NCBI GenBank assembly: GCA_028534125.1
Contig: CM052817.1
Coordinates: forward strand, 10,232,001-10,296,000
Direction: 5' to 3'
Source: Lama glama
Taxonomy: Eukaryota
DNA: 64,000 bases
Shown piece by piece: positions 12,601 through 24,555 of the stretch (the stretch's first letter is position 1; every line of letters begins with the position of its first letter). The position numbers and the translations under genes were made by a program. The notes beneath the pieces are model-generated. The model searched no databases and had not been told where the DNA came from. It saw only the letters and a list, made by a program, of their open reading frames with translations.

Positions 12601-13319
12601 ATCTAAGGTCGGCAAAAATAGCCAGCATCTACTTTTGAATCTGCCCTCAAAGATGCAGTTGCCTGTATGTTTCTAACACAAGAATGCCTAACTTTTCCCC
12701 ACTGGTATGTTTCGGGAAGAGGGTATTGCAAGTTTGACTTCATGCCAGCTCTCTGGGATGCAGGCTTGATTTTGCAACCCTCTCTTTCTAAAGTAAGTTA
12801 GGGAGAGGAAAACAAAGGGACTTGCAGGACCTGTGCCTAGCGACAGCGACAGCGAGGAGCAGCTCGTCTCTCATCCTGCAAGGGAAAGGAGGACCAGGAC
12901 CTTAGCGAGCGTAGCTGCAAGAAGAAAGACATTTGGCAGGAGCTCAGGGCTCATACTATTCCTCATTGGTGTGTCTATCCCTGCCTATCTCTTTGCAAAT
13001 ACTTTCTGTATTACCCTCCCCTTAACTTACCCAACTTGAATATGTTCTCTGTTTCCTGCTAATATGGACAGTGGTCACATATGACCCGTAACCAGGTCCT
13101 CAGTATTTAGAAACATGCCTGCACCCCAGCTCTCAGTTCACGGTTATAGGATGAGTATTAAGTATTCTGTGTTCTGTGGTCTGTGGTAAAATATTACAAA
13201 AGCTGTTCACTTTTGTAATTCATGGAATGTTATAACTGGATCCAATTTTAGATGTTTTCAAGCCATGACCCATCATTTTATCTAAGAGGAATTTTAGTGT
13301 GGGTTGTGTCAATGCTGAG

Positions 13320-13550
13320 AGTGTGAAACAGTGGGTTGATGAAAGACTTTGGAGTCACACAGGCTTGGGTTTGGATCCTGGAGCCACCTTTTAGTGGCTT
13401 GGTGTCTTGGGCGCACTCAGTTTTGTCAACTGCAAAATGAAGACAGTATTAATTATGCCACTGAGTTGCTGAGAAGATGAGATGAGTTGATGCATCTGAA
13501 TTCCCTGGGATTGAATGTGGCACTTGGCACTGGTGGACAGTCATTATTAT
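13320..13550 (+). mobile_element. MIR SINE
   Basis: gactttggagtcacacaggcttgggtttggatcctgg...ctcagttttgtcaactgcaaaatgaa...gagaagatgagatgag. Confidence 0.7.
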
Positions 13551-14639
13551 GAACCTGGTCCAGGGTATGTGTTGTACTCCACCATTTGGCCAGCCAAACC
13601 AGGGAGAATAGGAGCTAGAAAGGCCTTGATGTGGCCCGGCTTCTGATGCGGACCTCCTTGCTGTCGGACTGTGCCGGGAGGTCAAGGAGCTCGTGCTGTT
13701 GGTTCTGAGTCTTGTTCTTTTCTAGACTCTGATTTGACATCTGTGGCTTTTCCTCTTTCATCTTGTCTTCACGTTTGTCTTTGTAACTGTGAAACTCTTC
13801 AGTCAAACTCATCTCACAGAGGACAGAAAGGGAGGAAAGAAATGTGGTTCAAGGGGGCTTGATTTGTTCCCTGAACCTTTTAACCTAATTCCAGGTCTCT
13901 TGTGAGGGTTCTTCCCAGGGTTGTTCTCCATGAAACAAACACCCTATTTAGTGAAGCCTGCAGCAAGCTCTTACGTTCAAGGATAGAGTTTTGGGCCTGC
14001 AGTCCTTATCCAGCAAATCTCTTGATATAGCAAACATTTCCTGAAGACCTATTTCCTTCCCAAGTATTTTGGAGCTTGCAAACTCAGATATAATGAATGG
14101 AGCCATTAGAGTGAACAATCACTCAACAGCATAAGTTATTTTAATGGGCCTATCACTTGAAACTAAACTTCCACCATCTGTTCTACCCTTTAACTGCAAA
14201 TGCAAAAAGAACAAGATTCCCAGTGGCATCATAAAAAGTTAGATATAAGTGATTTAAATGCATGTTTTGGTTCTGTGTTCAGTGCAATATAGATCTGAAG
14301 GAAGGCTCATACTGGATTTATTTTTTTATGGCAAAATCAAAATTCAGAGTAGGAGAGTTTCTTTGTTCACAAAAAAAGGTGGCTTTTTAGTTGGCATGGA
14401 ATATATCCCACCATGTTATTCATTCATTCATTCATTCATTCGGTCCTTTTTTCCCATGAGTTCTTAAGGGATGCCACCATGCGCCTGACAATGTATTAGA
14501 TGCTGGGGATACAGAGGTTAACAGTGATAATTGCAAGACCCCTGGCACCTCCAGAGGAAAATAAAACAGAACTTTCTATATAAATAAACATAAAAGAATG
14601 TAAAAACTCAAACATAAATTTCGTGTTCTGCTTCAGAAT

Positions 14640-14885
14640 AGTAATGTGATGAAGGAGGAAGGAGTTTGAAGTTAGCCAGATCTTGGTTTTAAATTCCCAG
14701 TTCCTCCACAATGTGACCTCTCAGAGTCTATGTCCTTATTTGACATTTATTTCCCATCTGACTCTGTTTCCTCATCTGGAAAATGGGAACAATGTCTTCC
14801 TCGTGAGTCTGCTGTGATAGAATGAGTTATGTATGCAAAACTGCTCTTCCAAGGAGTGGCTCATAGTGGGTGCTCTATGTTAATT
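14640..14885 (+). mobile_element. MIR SINE
   Basis: ctctgtttcctcatctggaaaatgggaacaat...gaatgagttatgtatgcaaaa...tggctcatagtgggtgctc. Confidence 0.65.
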
Positions 14886-15929
14886 CTCCTTCTAATTTCC
14901 ACCTTGTGTTTTTTCTAGATTTTGGAAAATCACTTTTTAGACATAAAATGAGAGACTCATGGAACACTAGAATAGGAGACGGTATAAGAAGTATTCTGCT
15001 TTGCATTCAATGTTCCTTATTTTATAGGCAGCTTAACTCAGCCCTGGAGAGAACCAGTAACTAGCTCATAGTCATGCAGTTTGCAGTGGTCTTAGAACAT
15101 TCTATTGTGCATCTATTGATAAAAAATTGAGCACACACTCCCAGTATGTGTATATTTGAATTCATATACATGGACTATGATATTGACATATTATACACAT
15201 TATGAGAAAATATATATGATAGAAATAAAGAACGAAGTAATGATGAGGTAAATAATATTTATCGGTTCACTAGTTGTGACAGCTTTACACTACACCTAAG
15301 GCGTGAATACTAGTCTCTCAGGGCACATTATCTACTTAGGTGAAGTTCATTATTACTGTGAATTTTTAATTCCCCAGTTTAACACTTTAAAAAAAATTTT
15401 GAGGGCTTTTGACTAACTTCATTGTTTCTATCTTGTGATGGGGGAAGAATCAACTCTGTAATTTTGTAGTTTTTCTCTTCCACTCATACTATGCTCAATC
15501 TGCAATGTCTTTGCAGGAATATTTTTAGCCATTTCTCCATTTTATTATGATTAGTTTGGTTAAAACTCGACAATAAAATGCCCAAATTCACTTCCTCAGG
15601 TACATGTTAATATGCTGACAGGGAATGGGTGTGCCAGAAAGCGGCTGTTGTCTCCCGTCCATCACGAAACTTGTCCTTGGGGGTCTTCTCTGGACATTAT
15701 GTGGCATGTGACCCTCTGACCTAAGAACCAAAGATGGATGAGTGTTTCAATCTGTGTATCAAACACCAGTAAATGAACAATGAAATAATTGCCCTAATAC
15801 TTTCTTCCTGTCCCCCAGTGGCAAACTTGCTCATTTCACTTTGGAAGTCATTAAATTCATGGAAGAGGAAGGATTAGAGTCTGAGTCTACTGATTTCCTA
15901 ATGATTTTCTTTTACAAAATACAAAGGAG

Positions 15930-17960
15930 CAAATAAAATTTTTATTTTACTGTAGTGTAACATATGTTCATCAAAGCGTACATGCCGCAAGCGTGCACTT
16001 TGCTGAATTCTCCCACAGGGAATCCACATGACCAACGTGAAGATCAAGAACAAGACCTTCCCAGCACCCCAGGGTGCCCTAGGGCTTCCTCCTGCTCCCA
16101 AGTAACTCTTATTGTGCGTTCCAACTCCATGAATTAATTTTGTTTTAAATTTTAGCTATGGAGAATTATACAATATTAATTATTTTAAGACTGAATTTCT
16201 TCTGCTTGACATCATCTTTGTGAGATTTATCTGTGTTGGTTGGTGTAACAGTAGTTCATTCACCTGCTTTGCTATGCAGTCTTCACTGTGTATGTTATCA
16301 TTTACTTAGCATTTTGAAGTTGATGGATATTTGAGTTGTTTCCAGCGTATGCTTGGATGATGCTCCAATGAGCACTCTTGTACATTTGGTGTGCATATGC
16401 CTGCATTTCTATTAGTTACACATTTAGAAGATGCATGAAGCAGTGGGATTGCTGAGTCACAGAGTAGACATATGCTGACCCTTAGTAGCTAGAGTATATA
16501 TATATACACACTATTATTTCAATAATGCTATGTAATCAGCCTCATCAAAATGAACAACATACATCAATAAGCATTTATCACTCACGCATCTGTGCATTGG
16601 CTGGGATGCTGCTGATCTAAGCTGGACTCAGTTGGACTTGACTTCAAGCTGGACACTGGGTTCAAATCTGCTCCATGTGTCTCCCATCCTTCTTGGACAG
16701 AGGCTCCTTGAGGCACATTCTTCTTAAGGCTCAACCAAGCTTCTTCCCAAGGTTGGAACCAAGATGGTATGCTTAACTGCAAAAATACATTTCAAGTCTC
16801 TTCTTACATAATATCCACTAGCATCCCATTGGATAACACAAGTCACATGGTCAAACCCAAGGGATGGGGGAAATTCACTCCACCCATCATGAGGTCTTTG
16901 TTTGCGTGTGGCTATATAATTTTATTATATAGAAATGAAGAATTTGAACCCATTATTCAAGGGACTGTATAATCTTCCATAGGGTACCAATCCAACGTAC
17001 ACTGCAAGCAATGATTTTTGAAAGTTCCCATTACTCCACATCCTCAACATTTGGTATATTTTCAGTCTTTTTAATAGTAGTCATTCAATGTCATGGTTTC
17101 AATTTATATCTCCCTAATGGTTAATGAGGTTGAGTACCTTTTCATGTGTTTATTGGCTTTTTCTAAAGTGCTTGCTCAAGTCATTTACCCATTAAAATGA
17201 TTAGATGGCCAGCCTTTTTCTTATTGATTCTTAAGATATACTTTGAAATGAGTCTTTTGTTGGTTATCTTTTTCTAGTCTGTATTTTATCTTTTCATTCT
17301 CTTAATTGGGTCTTTGTATGAACAAATACTTTTAATTTGAATACAGTCCAATTTATCAATCTTTCCCTTTATAGTTAATGCCTCGTATGTCCCACCCAAG
17401 AAACCTTTGCCTATCCTGAGTTCATGAAGACATTCTCCTGTGTTTTCTATTAAAAGCTTTATTGTTCTCCTTTTCATATTTAGAACTACAATCTATCTGA
17501 AATTGATTTTTATGTATTTTGTGATGTAACGGTTCAGATTCATTTGGATATCTAATTGACCCATACTATTTATTGAAAGACCGTCTTTTCCCTCTGCCTT
17601 GCCAGTCTCTTATTAAGTACCCATTATGAGCTGTGCATTGCTGGATTCTATTCTGTTCCATTGGCCTATTTGTCTACATAATGTCAATTCTCTGCTCTCT
17701 TAATTACTATAGCTTCTTAATATATCTTCATATCTGACATCATAAATCCTCCAGCTTTGTTCTTCTTTAAGATTGCCTTGACTTTTCGTGACCATATTTT
17801 TCCATTAAAAATGTTTAAAACAGCTTGTCAATTTTCATAGCAATCCCCCTTGGCTATTGATTAAAATGACAATGATTAACCTTTGGAGAATTAATCGTTA
17901 CCTTTTCTGATCTGTGAACATATTATATTCCTCCATTTTTTAGGTCTTTACCCAGTAGAT
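15930..17960 (-). mobile_element. Old L1 (L1ME-like) 3' portion, interrupted by an MLT1 LTR
   Basis: Antisense L1 text (gatggatatttgagttgtttccag; taatgaggttgagtaccttttcatgtgtttattggc; ctccagctttgttcttctttaagattgccttg); the 17286-17477 ORF resembles L1 ORF2. Confidence 0.75.
16500..16970 (-). mobile_element. MLT1-type LTR inserted in L1
   Basis: caataagcatttat...gggttcaaatctgctccatgtgtctc...catcccattggataacacaagtcacatggtcaaaccc. Confidence 0.65.
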
Positions 17961-17964
17961 ATTT

Positions 17965-19067
17965 TGCAATCTGGATTAGCTGAATATTTCCCAAATTATC
18001 AAGTTCTGGTTCCTTTTTACTTAAAAGTTCTCTAAACTATCTCTTTCCTCTATTATTATTTGTACTAGAGAAGCAAGAAGAAACTAGACCTTACTTCAAC
18101 ATTTTGGTTGAAATCTCCTCAGCTAAATATCCAAGTCCTTTGTTTATGAGTTTTTCTTTATATGTAAGTGCAGCATACACTTTAGCCACCCTTTCAACCA
18201 CTATATAAAAAGGATCCCATTTCTTCTGGTTTCCAGTAATTGATTCCTCATTTCCGTCTGTCCCTCAATGGCAGTACCTTTAACATCATATTTCTACCAA
18301 TAGTCTGTTCATGATGATTTAGGTATTCTCTATTATTGTAACTGAGTACAAATTCGTTCTGCTCGCTGCATGGTAGGGCAATAAATTGGGAGAAGAGGTG
18401 CTGGGGCAAGGAATAAAGACTTTACTCAGAAAGCCGGCAGACTGAGAAGATGGCAAACTAATGTCCTGGAGAACTATCTTCCCCAAATCAGAATTCAGGC
18501 TCCTTTTGTACTAAAAAAGGGAGGGAGTGTATTTGGTTGTCGCAAACTTCTTAGTGTGGGAATCCTTGATTCTTGACACTGTCCACATAAGTCAGGTCAT
18601 GATGTCCCTGTAGACCTCCAGCAAATGTTCTCTGTTCTGCAACTTTTTATGTCTATACGAATGGGAAGTGTTACACCCCTAAAGGTCAGAGCCTGGAGAA
18701 CGCGCTATCCTGTGTATTTCAGGTTCTAGGCAACATTCTTTTATAAAAGGTGCAGAACCAGCGTGACTAAGCCCAGGAAATTGAGCACAGGGTAAAATCC
18801 AAAAGAACAGATATAACAGATCTAAAAGAACAGATTTGTTCTTTTCTATTACATGATTTTGTACATTTTCTCTATCGTGATCCTTACTGCCTCCTGAGTC
18901 CTCACTAGCAGAGTCATTAACATCAATATTTCTACTATTTTCAAGGCAACTCAGGCTTTTCCTATCTTGCTCATCAAAAAGTTTCCAGCTTCCGCTCGCC
19001 CAATTCTAAAGCCACTCTCACATTTTCAAATTTTGTTTCAATAGCACCATACTTCCAGATACCAAAA
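17965..19067 (-). mobile_element. MaLR (MLT1-int) internal sequence, split by an ERV1-type LTR
   Basis: gaagcaagaagaaactaga...gaaatctcctcagctaaatatccaag...ttctaaagccac...cttccagataccaaaa, directly adjoining the MLT1 LTR. Confidence 0.7.
18337..18853 (-). mobile_element. ERV1-type solo LTR
   Basis: TG...CA termini (tgtaactg...ctattaca) with a near-TSD ttat/tgat; ggcaaggaataaagactttactcagaaagccggcagactgagaagatggc is typical of laurasiatherian ERV1 LTRs. Confidence 0.7.
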
Positions 19068-19251
19068 TGTAAGTTAGTTTCCTATTGCTGCTGTAACAGC
19101 AACAATCTGCAACAAATTCAGTGGCTTAACACAACATAGATCTATTATTTTATAGTTACGGAGATTCCAAGTTTGAAATGGATCTCCTTGAGCTACCATC
19201 ACAGCATTGGTAGGGCTCTGTTCCTTCTGAGTACTTGGAGGGAGAATCCAT

Positions 19252-19375
19252 TTTCTTCCTTTCTTCCTTCCTTTCTTCCTTTCTTCCTTCCTTTCTTCCT
19301 TTCTTTCTTCCTTTCTTTCTCTCTTTCTCCCTTTCTTTCTCTCTCCCTCATTCTTTCTTTCTTTTTCTTTTTTTA
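19252..19375. repeat. (TTTC)n/(TTCC)n microsatellite at the L1 poly(A) tail position
   Basis: Directly visible tract lying between the TSD and the L1 3' end. Confidence 0.9.
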
Positions 19376-20558
19376 AAAACATTTTTATTGATTTATAATC
19401 ATTTTACAATGTTGTGTCAAATTCCAGTGTAGAGCAAAATTTTTCAGTTATACATGAACATATTATATATTCATGGTCACATTTTTTTCTCTGTGAGCTA
19501 CCGTAAGATCTTGTATATATTTCCCTGTGCTTTACAGTATAATCTTGTTTATCTATTCTACAATTTTGAAATCCCAGTCTATCTCTTCCCACCCCCCACC
19601 CCCTTGGCAACCACAAGTTTATATTCTATGTCTGTGAGTCTATTTCTGTTTTGTATTTATGCTTTGTTTTTTGTTTTTGTTTTTGTTTTTATTTTTTAGA
19701 TTCCACGTATGAACGATCTCATATGGTATTTTTCTTTCTCTTTCTGGCTTNNNNNNNNNNNNNNNNNNNNNNNNNNNNNNNNNNNNNNNNNNNNNNNNNN
19801 NNNNNNNNNNNNNNNNNNNNNNNNNNNNNNNNNNNNNNNNNNNNNNNNNNNNNNNNNNNNNNNNNNNNNNNNNNNNNNNNNNNNNNNNNNNNNNNNNNNN
19901 NNNNNNNNNNNNNNNNNNNNNNNNNNNNNNNNNNNNNNNNNNNNNNNNNNNNNNNNNNNNNNNNNNNNNNNNNNNNNNNNNNNNNNNNNNNNNNNNNNNN
20001 NNNNNNNNNNNNNNNNNNNNNNNNNNNNNNNNNNNNNNNNNNNNNNNNNNNNNNNNNNNNNNNNNNNNNNNNNNNNNNNNNNNNNNNNNNNNNNNNNNNN
20101 NNNNNNNNNNNNNNNNNNNNNNNNNNNNNNNNNNNNNNNNNNNNNNNNNNNNNNNNNNNNNNNNNNNNNNNNNNNNNNNNNNNNNNNNNNNNNNNNNNNN
20201 NNNNNNNNNNNNNNNNNNNNNNNNNNNNNNNNNNNNNNNNNNNNNNNNNNTTTCTCCACAGCCTCTCCAGCATTTGTCATTTGTGGACTTTTGAATGATG
20301 GCCATTCTGACTGGTGGGAGGTAATACCTCATTGCAGTTCTAATTTGCATTCCTCTGATTATTAGTGATACTGAGCATTTTTTCAAGTGCCTATTGATCA
20401 TTTGTATGTCTTCCTTGGAGAATTGCTTGTTTAGATCTTCTGCCCATTTTTGGATTGGGTTGTTTATTTTTTTCTTATTGAGTTATATGAGCTGCTTACA
20501 TATTCTGGAGATCAAGCCTTTGTTGATTTAATTTGCAAAAATTTTTTCCCATTCCGCA
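19258..20558 (-). mobile_element. Young 5'-truncated L1 (camelid-like) with 15-bp TSD
   Basis: TSD agaatccattttctt at 19243-19257 and 20559-20573. ORF2 C-terminal peptide [48 protein letters not shown]; 3' UTR at ~19378-19750. Confidence 0.92.
19751..20250. other. Assembly gap (500 N)
   Basis: Run of N inside the young L1. Confidence 1.
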
Positions 20559-21029
20559 AGAATCCATTTTCTTGCCTTTCCCATCTTTTAGTGGTTCTCA
20601 CATTGTTTGTTTCTTGGCCTCTTTCTTCCATCTTCAAAGCCCACAATGGCCAAGTCTTTCTCATATTACATCACTGTGACTCTTGCCTCCCTCTTCCAGA
20701 TTTAAGGACCCTTATAATATAAACTAAGATAATCTCTTTAAGGACAACTGATTAGCAATCTTAATTCCCCCTTGTCTTGTACTATAACACATTCCAAGGA
20801 TTAAGTTTCTGGGAATTGAGGCATGTACGTCTTTGTAAGGGCCACTGTTCTGTCTACCCCATATTTGCTATAGGTTTCTTTGAATATCTTTTAACAAATA
20901 GATTTTTGTGAATATTTTTAAATTAGGAAAGTATCTTTGAAATTTCACGGGACACAGTTACATATCTATTTACTCGTTTATTTGTTTTGGGCACTCTGCT
21001 AAGAGTTATCAAAATAGAAACTTTCTGAA

Positions 21030-21230
21030 AGGAGTAGAGTCTTGTGGTCAAATTCACAGAGTCCAGAGCTTAACTGTCTGAGCTTGAATCTAGTACCTTG
21101 GCAGAAACACTATTTATGAGCACTCTGATTTGGGGATAATTATGTATCCCTTCACTCCTCAGTTTCCTTATTTTAACAAGGGCTTATAATAGTTTCTGAC
21201 GTATATTAAATAACACATAAATGTTTGCTC
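21030..21230 (+). mobile_element. MIR SINE
   Basis: gtggtcaaattcacagagtccagagc...ctcagtttccttattttaacaagggcttataatagt. Confidence 0.55.
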
Positions 21231-21344
21231 GTATCATAATTTTTGTTTTCTGCCCTCAAAGAACTCATAGCTTGGTTGTGGATTCAGACAAGTAAACAAG
21301 CATGATTATTTCCATGATTGAGGCAAATTTCAGATACAATGAGG

Positions 21345-21830
21345 CTTAATTAACTCTGGTTGCACTGTAAATTCAATTTGTCTGGAAATAAACGAATCAT
21401 TTTCTCCTCCTCTTCTCTAATCTGCCTTTCTCCTGTGATGCCTCCAGGACTGGTACCATGGTTCTCTATCTGTTCATGCTTCAAATCTAAGCGCAATCCT
21501 ACTCTTCTCCTTCCCTCATCCCTCGCATCTAATTGGTGATCCAGTCCTGTCAATTCTATCTCTTTAACATTTAACTTCCGTCTTTACTTCTTACCATTTC
21601 CCTTTCTCTCTCCTCTTTCAGACTTTCATCACCATTAACTTTGACTTTTTTAACAGCCAACCTCTTGGGCTCCTCTTTCATCTCACTTATTATTCTATTC
21701 TTCACAAAGCTTCTAGGGTGATATTTCTATAACACAAAATTGACCCCCCACTTCTACCCTCCATTCAAAACATTTTTGTCCCCAGGATAAAATCTGAAAA
21801 CATGAGCATGACATATGCATCACTTAGCAT
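21345..21830 (+). mobile_element. L2 fragment
   Basis: catctaattggtgatccagtcctgtcaattctatctctttaa...cagactttcatcacc...ccaggataaaatctgaaa. Confidence 0.6.
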
Positions 21831-22360
21831 GTTTTTGTCCACAGCAACATGAACTCTAACAAATATGTGAGAAATAAGTCCATAGTAAACATACAGAGGC
21901 TTACTTTTCTCTCATGATAAAAAGTCTGCAAATAGGTGATACCTGGTATCAATTCAAAGGCTCAGTATTGCCATCAAGGATCCAGGATCTTTCTGTCTAT
22001 CTACTCTGCCATCTTTAGCATTTTGGCTTTTAAGTCTCCTGCATGTCACCTCATGGTTATTAGATGCCTGCTGCAGCTCCAGGCATCACATCTATGTTCA
22101 AGAAAGGAAGAAGGAGAAGGGACGAGAGATTTCTCTTTATATCTTATTGGCTAGAACTGGATTGCATGTCTACTTCTTGACCAATCACTGGAGAAAGGGA
22201 ATGGTATTACCTGATTGACTTAGAACAGTCATGATTTGTCCCCTGGGCTGAGGAGAGGAATGCCTTCCCTGAGATAAAGAGCTCTTTGTATATTACCTGA
22301 ATCAAAGTTCTATTAGCAGGAAAGAAGTGGCAACTGATGGTAAACAATGGGAAGTATCTG
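21830..22360 (-). mobile_element. MLT1 (J/K-like) LTR
   Basis: ctgctgcagctccaggcatcacatc...cttattggctagaactgg...gaccaatcactgg...aaagttctattagcaggaaagaag. Confidence 0.75.
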
Positions 22361-22947
22361 CTATAGCATCCACCTCTGATCTGGCCTGAGAGCCTGGTAC
22401 AGAGTTGCTTTTTGACCATATTCAGCTGTCAGGGAAGTTTCACAGTGGACAGAATGCCTGAGCCAGGTCTTGAAGGATGAGTCAGGTTGAGGAGAGAGGT
22501 CATGAAGAAGGCTATCACGCAAGAAGGAATAGCTTATATTTCCTAAATGGGCTTCCTTTAGGTGTTTCCTTAAAAGACTTTTCCTTCTCTGATCCCCATG
22601 CCAACTTAGGTCACCCTGCTACATGTCTACTTTCCTAATCACAACCTGTGTCCCTTCTCCCCTCCCAGCATCCTCCCCACAATCCAATCTCAGCAAAGGG
22701 AACCCCCACTCATTCACCAGGTTGCTCAAGTTGAAAACAGTGCTCATTTAGACTTCCCTTCTGTCCCAAATGTCCTGTCCTGGCTGCACATCTTCTCAAC
22801 TCCATCTCCAAGGTACGTCCTCATTACCTCTTTCATATTGATTATGGTCTTGCTAGTCCATGGTGATGGCATTTCTCTCTTGCACTTCTGTCATCACCTT
22901 CCAACTGGCCTCTCTTCTTCTCTTCCTTCTCTTCCTGCCCATTCCAA

Positions 22948-23244
22948 CTGCTATATCTAAAATGTCATAGATTGGGGGCCTGATACGCAACAGAAATTTA
23001 TTTTTTCAGAGTTCTGGAAGCTGGAAAGTCCAAGATCCAGGTGCCAGTAGATTTGGCATCTGGTGAGGTCTCACTTTCTGGAAATAGATGATTTGCTTTT
23101 TCCTAGGTCCTCACATGGCAGAAGGGGCAAGGGAACTCCTGGGGGTCTTTTATAAGGACACTCATCATATTCATGGGCTCCACCTCCTAACACATCATGT
23201 TGGGGGTTAGGTCAACATGTGAATTTTGAGGGCACACTTATAGC
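22948..23244 (-). mobile_element. MLT1A/MST-type LTR
   Basis: aacagaaatttatt...gttctggaagctggaaagtccaagatccaggtgccagtagatttggcatctggtgagg...cctcacatggcagaagggg. Confidence 0.8.
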
Positions 23245-23530
23245 ACTCCTCATTCTATTCTTCATCCAACTGCCAAAGTAACATTAAAAAAAATCAAACC
23301 TAAAACACCCACTTAAAATCTCCCATGATATTTAGAACAAAAACCCTTACCTTGGTTTCTAAACCCTTGTGTGTTCTGGCCCCTGTATACCTCTCAGAGC
23401 CTTTCTCCTATCCCTTGCTTGCAATACTCCGAATCTCTTTGCCTTCTTGTTATTCTATACTGTGTCCTCTGTCAGAAACACTGTGCAGTGTCTCACAGGA
23501 CAGGGTTCTTCTGAAATTTCACATCTTTTC

Positions 23531-23883
23531 TGTTGACCTAAAACAAATAGGCTGTCATATATTTGTTTTAGGTCAACAGAGCTCTCCGGCAATGATGGGT
23601 TTACTCAAGATCAGCAGAGAATTGCAGTTCAGGATGTGCATTGACGTGGGCCACATGCAAGTCCCTGCAGGGCAAGGGAAGGAGGACTCTTTTATAAAGA
23701 GGAAAAAAAAGTGGGGAGGGCTAGAGTAAGCAGAGTTGTGGGTTTTTGATGGCTGAGTCCTAATAGGAAAGAAGTCTTTCCTTTTCCTGTTGGGCTCTAT
23801 CCTTACAAACAGGGCGTGAGAGCTTCCTCTTCTAGTCTCCCAATGCAATTTAATTGTGATTTCTGTCTATTAATTTTTTTACA
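23531..23883 (-). mobile_element. ERV-type solo LTR
   Basis: TG...CA termini (tgttgacc...ttttaca) and a minus-strand TATA-like motif (cttttataaaga on +); embedded in L2-like sequence. Confidence 0.55.
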
Positions 23884-23924
23884 CTTATTCAGATAATGTC
23901 ACTGAATGAACTAATAAACAATGA

Positions 23925-24130
23925 AGGATTTGGAGTGGGACTTCTTGACTTAAAATCATCACTTATTAACAGAGGGAAGTTAGGCAAGTTACTTAACCTG
24001 CCTTTGCTTTAGTTTTCTTATTTATGAAGGGATGTGATAACAACAGGAACTATCTTAACAACTTTAAACCTGTAAGTAATTAGGAGACAGCTGCACGTGT
24101 AAATGATATGCAAACGTTAGTCATGATTAT
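23925..24130 (+). mobile_element. MIR SINE
   Basis: ttaggcaagttacttaacctgcctttgctttagttttcttatttatgaa. Confidence 0.6.
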
Positions 24131-24402
24131 TGTCTTTTGTAGCTGAAACATCACCTCTTCAGAGAGACGTGCCTTCACCACTCATCTTAAAAATAGCCCC
24201 AAGTCACACTCCAGCATATCCATCTGTTTTAATTCTGGGTAAACCCAGAGCATCATCTTGCTTGTTTGTTTCTACATTGTTTCCTCTTTCTAGAATGTGA
24301 ACTTCCAGAGAGCAGAGGCTGTGTTCCTGCTGTTTCTGTAGCATTAGAATCAGACTCCCGTGCCTAGCAGTCTTCAATGAATAAAAGTGAATTTGTAATC
24401 AT

Positions 24403-24437
24403 ACACACACACACACACAGACACACACTCACACACA
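24403..24437. repeat. Imperfect (CA)n microsatellite
   Basis: Directly visible. Confidence 0.85.
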
Positions 24438-24555
24438 ATTGCTGTTGGAATAAAATCCAGACTGTGTGCTTTCTCCTGTTAGGTGGACGTGATTCCTTTC
24501 TGTTCCTATGGCCCCACCTCTAACCTTCCTCTTCTTGCCCCATGCAGCTCCTTCC

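Larger units (their letters stand above)
19068..20862 (-). mobile_element. MLT1 LTR split by a young L1 (pieces ~19068-19257 and ~20559-20862)
   Basis: ttagtttcctattgctgctgtaaca...ggagaatccattttctt resumes as aatccattttcttgcctttc...tcttccatcttcaaagcc...taaggaccctt. Confidence 0.8.

Noticed and set aside
13193..13219. Hairpin attacaaaag-N7-cttttgtaat as a miRNA
   Set aside because: Only a 10-bp AT-rich stem, too short for a pre-miRNA and plausible by chance.
19074..19432. K/E/R-rich and F/L/S-rich ORFs
   Set aside because: Translations of the TTTC/TTCC microsatellite.
19640..20401. Long ORFs of 184-253 aa
   Set aside because: Artefacts of the 500-N gap; the real residues are L1 ORF2 or 3' UTR sequence.
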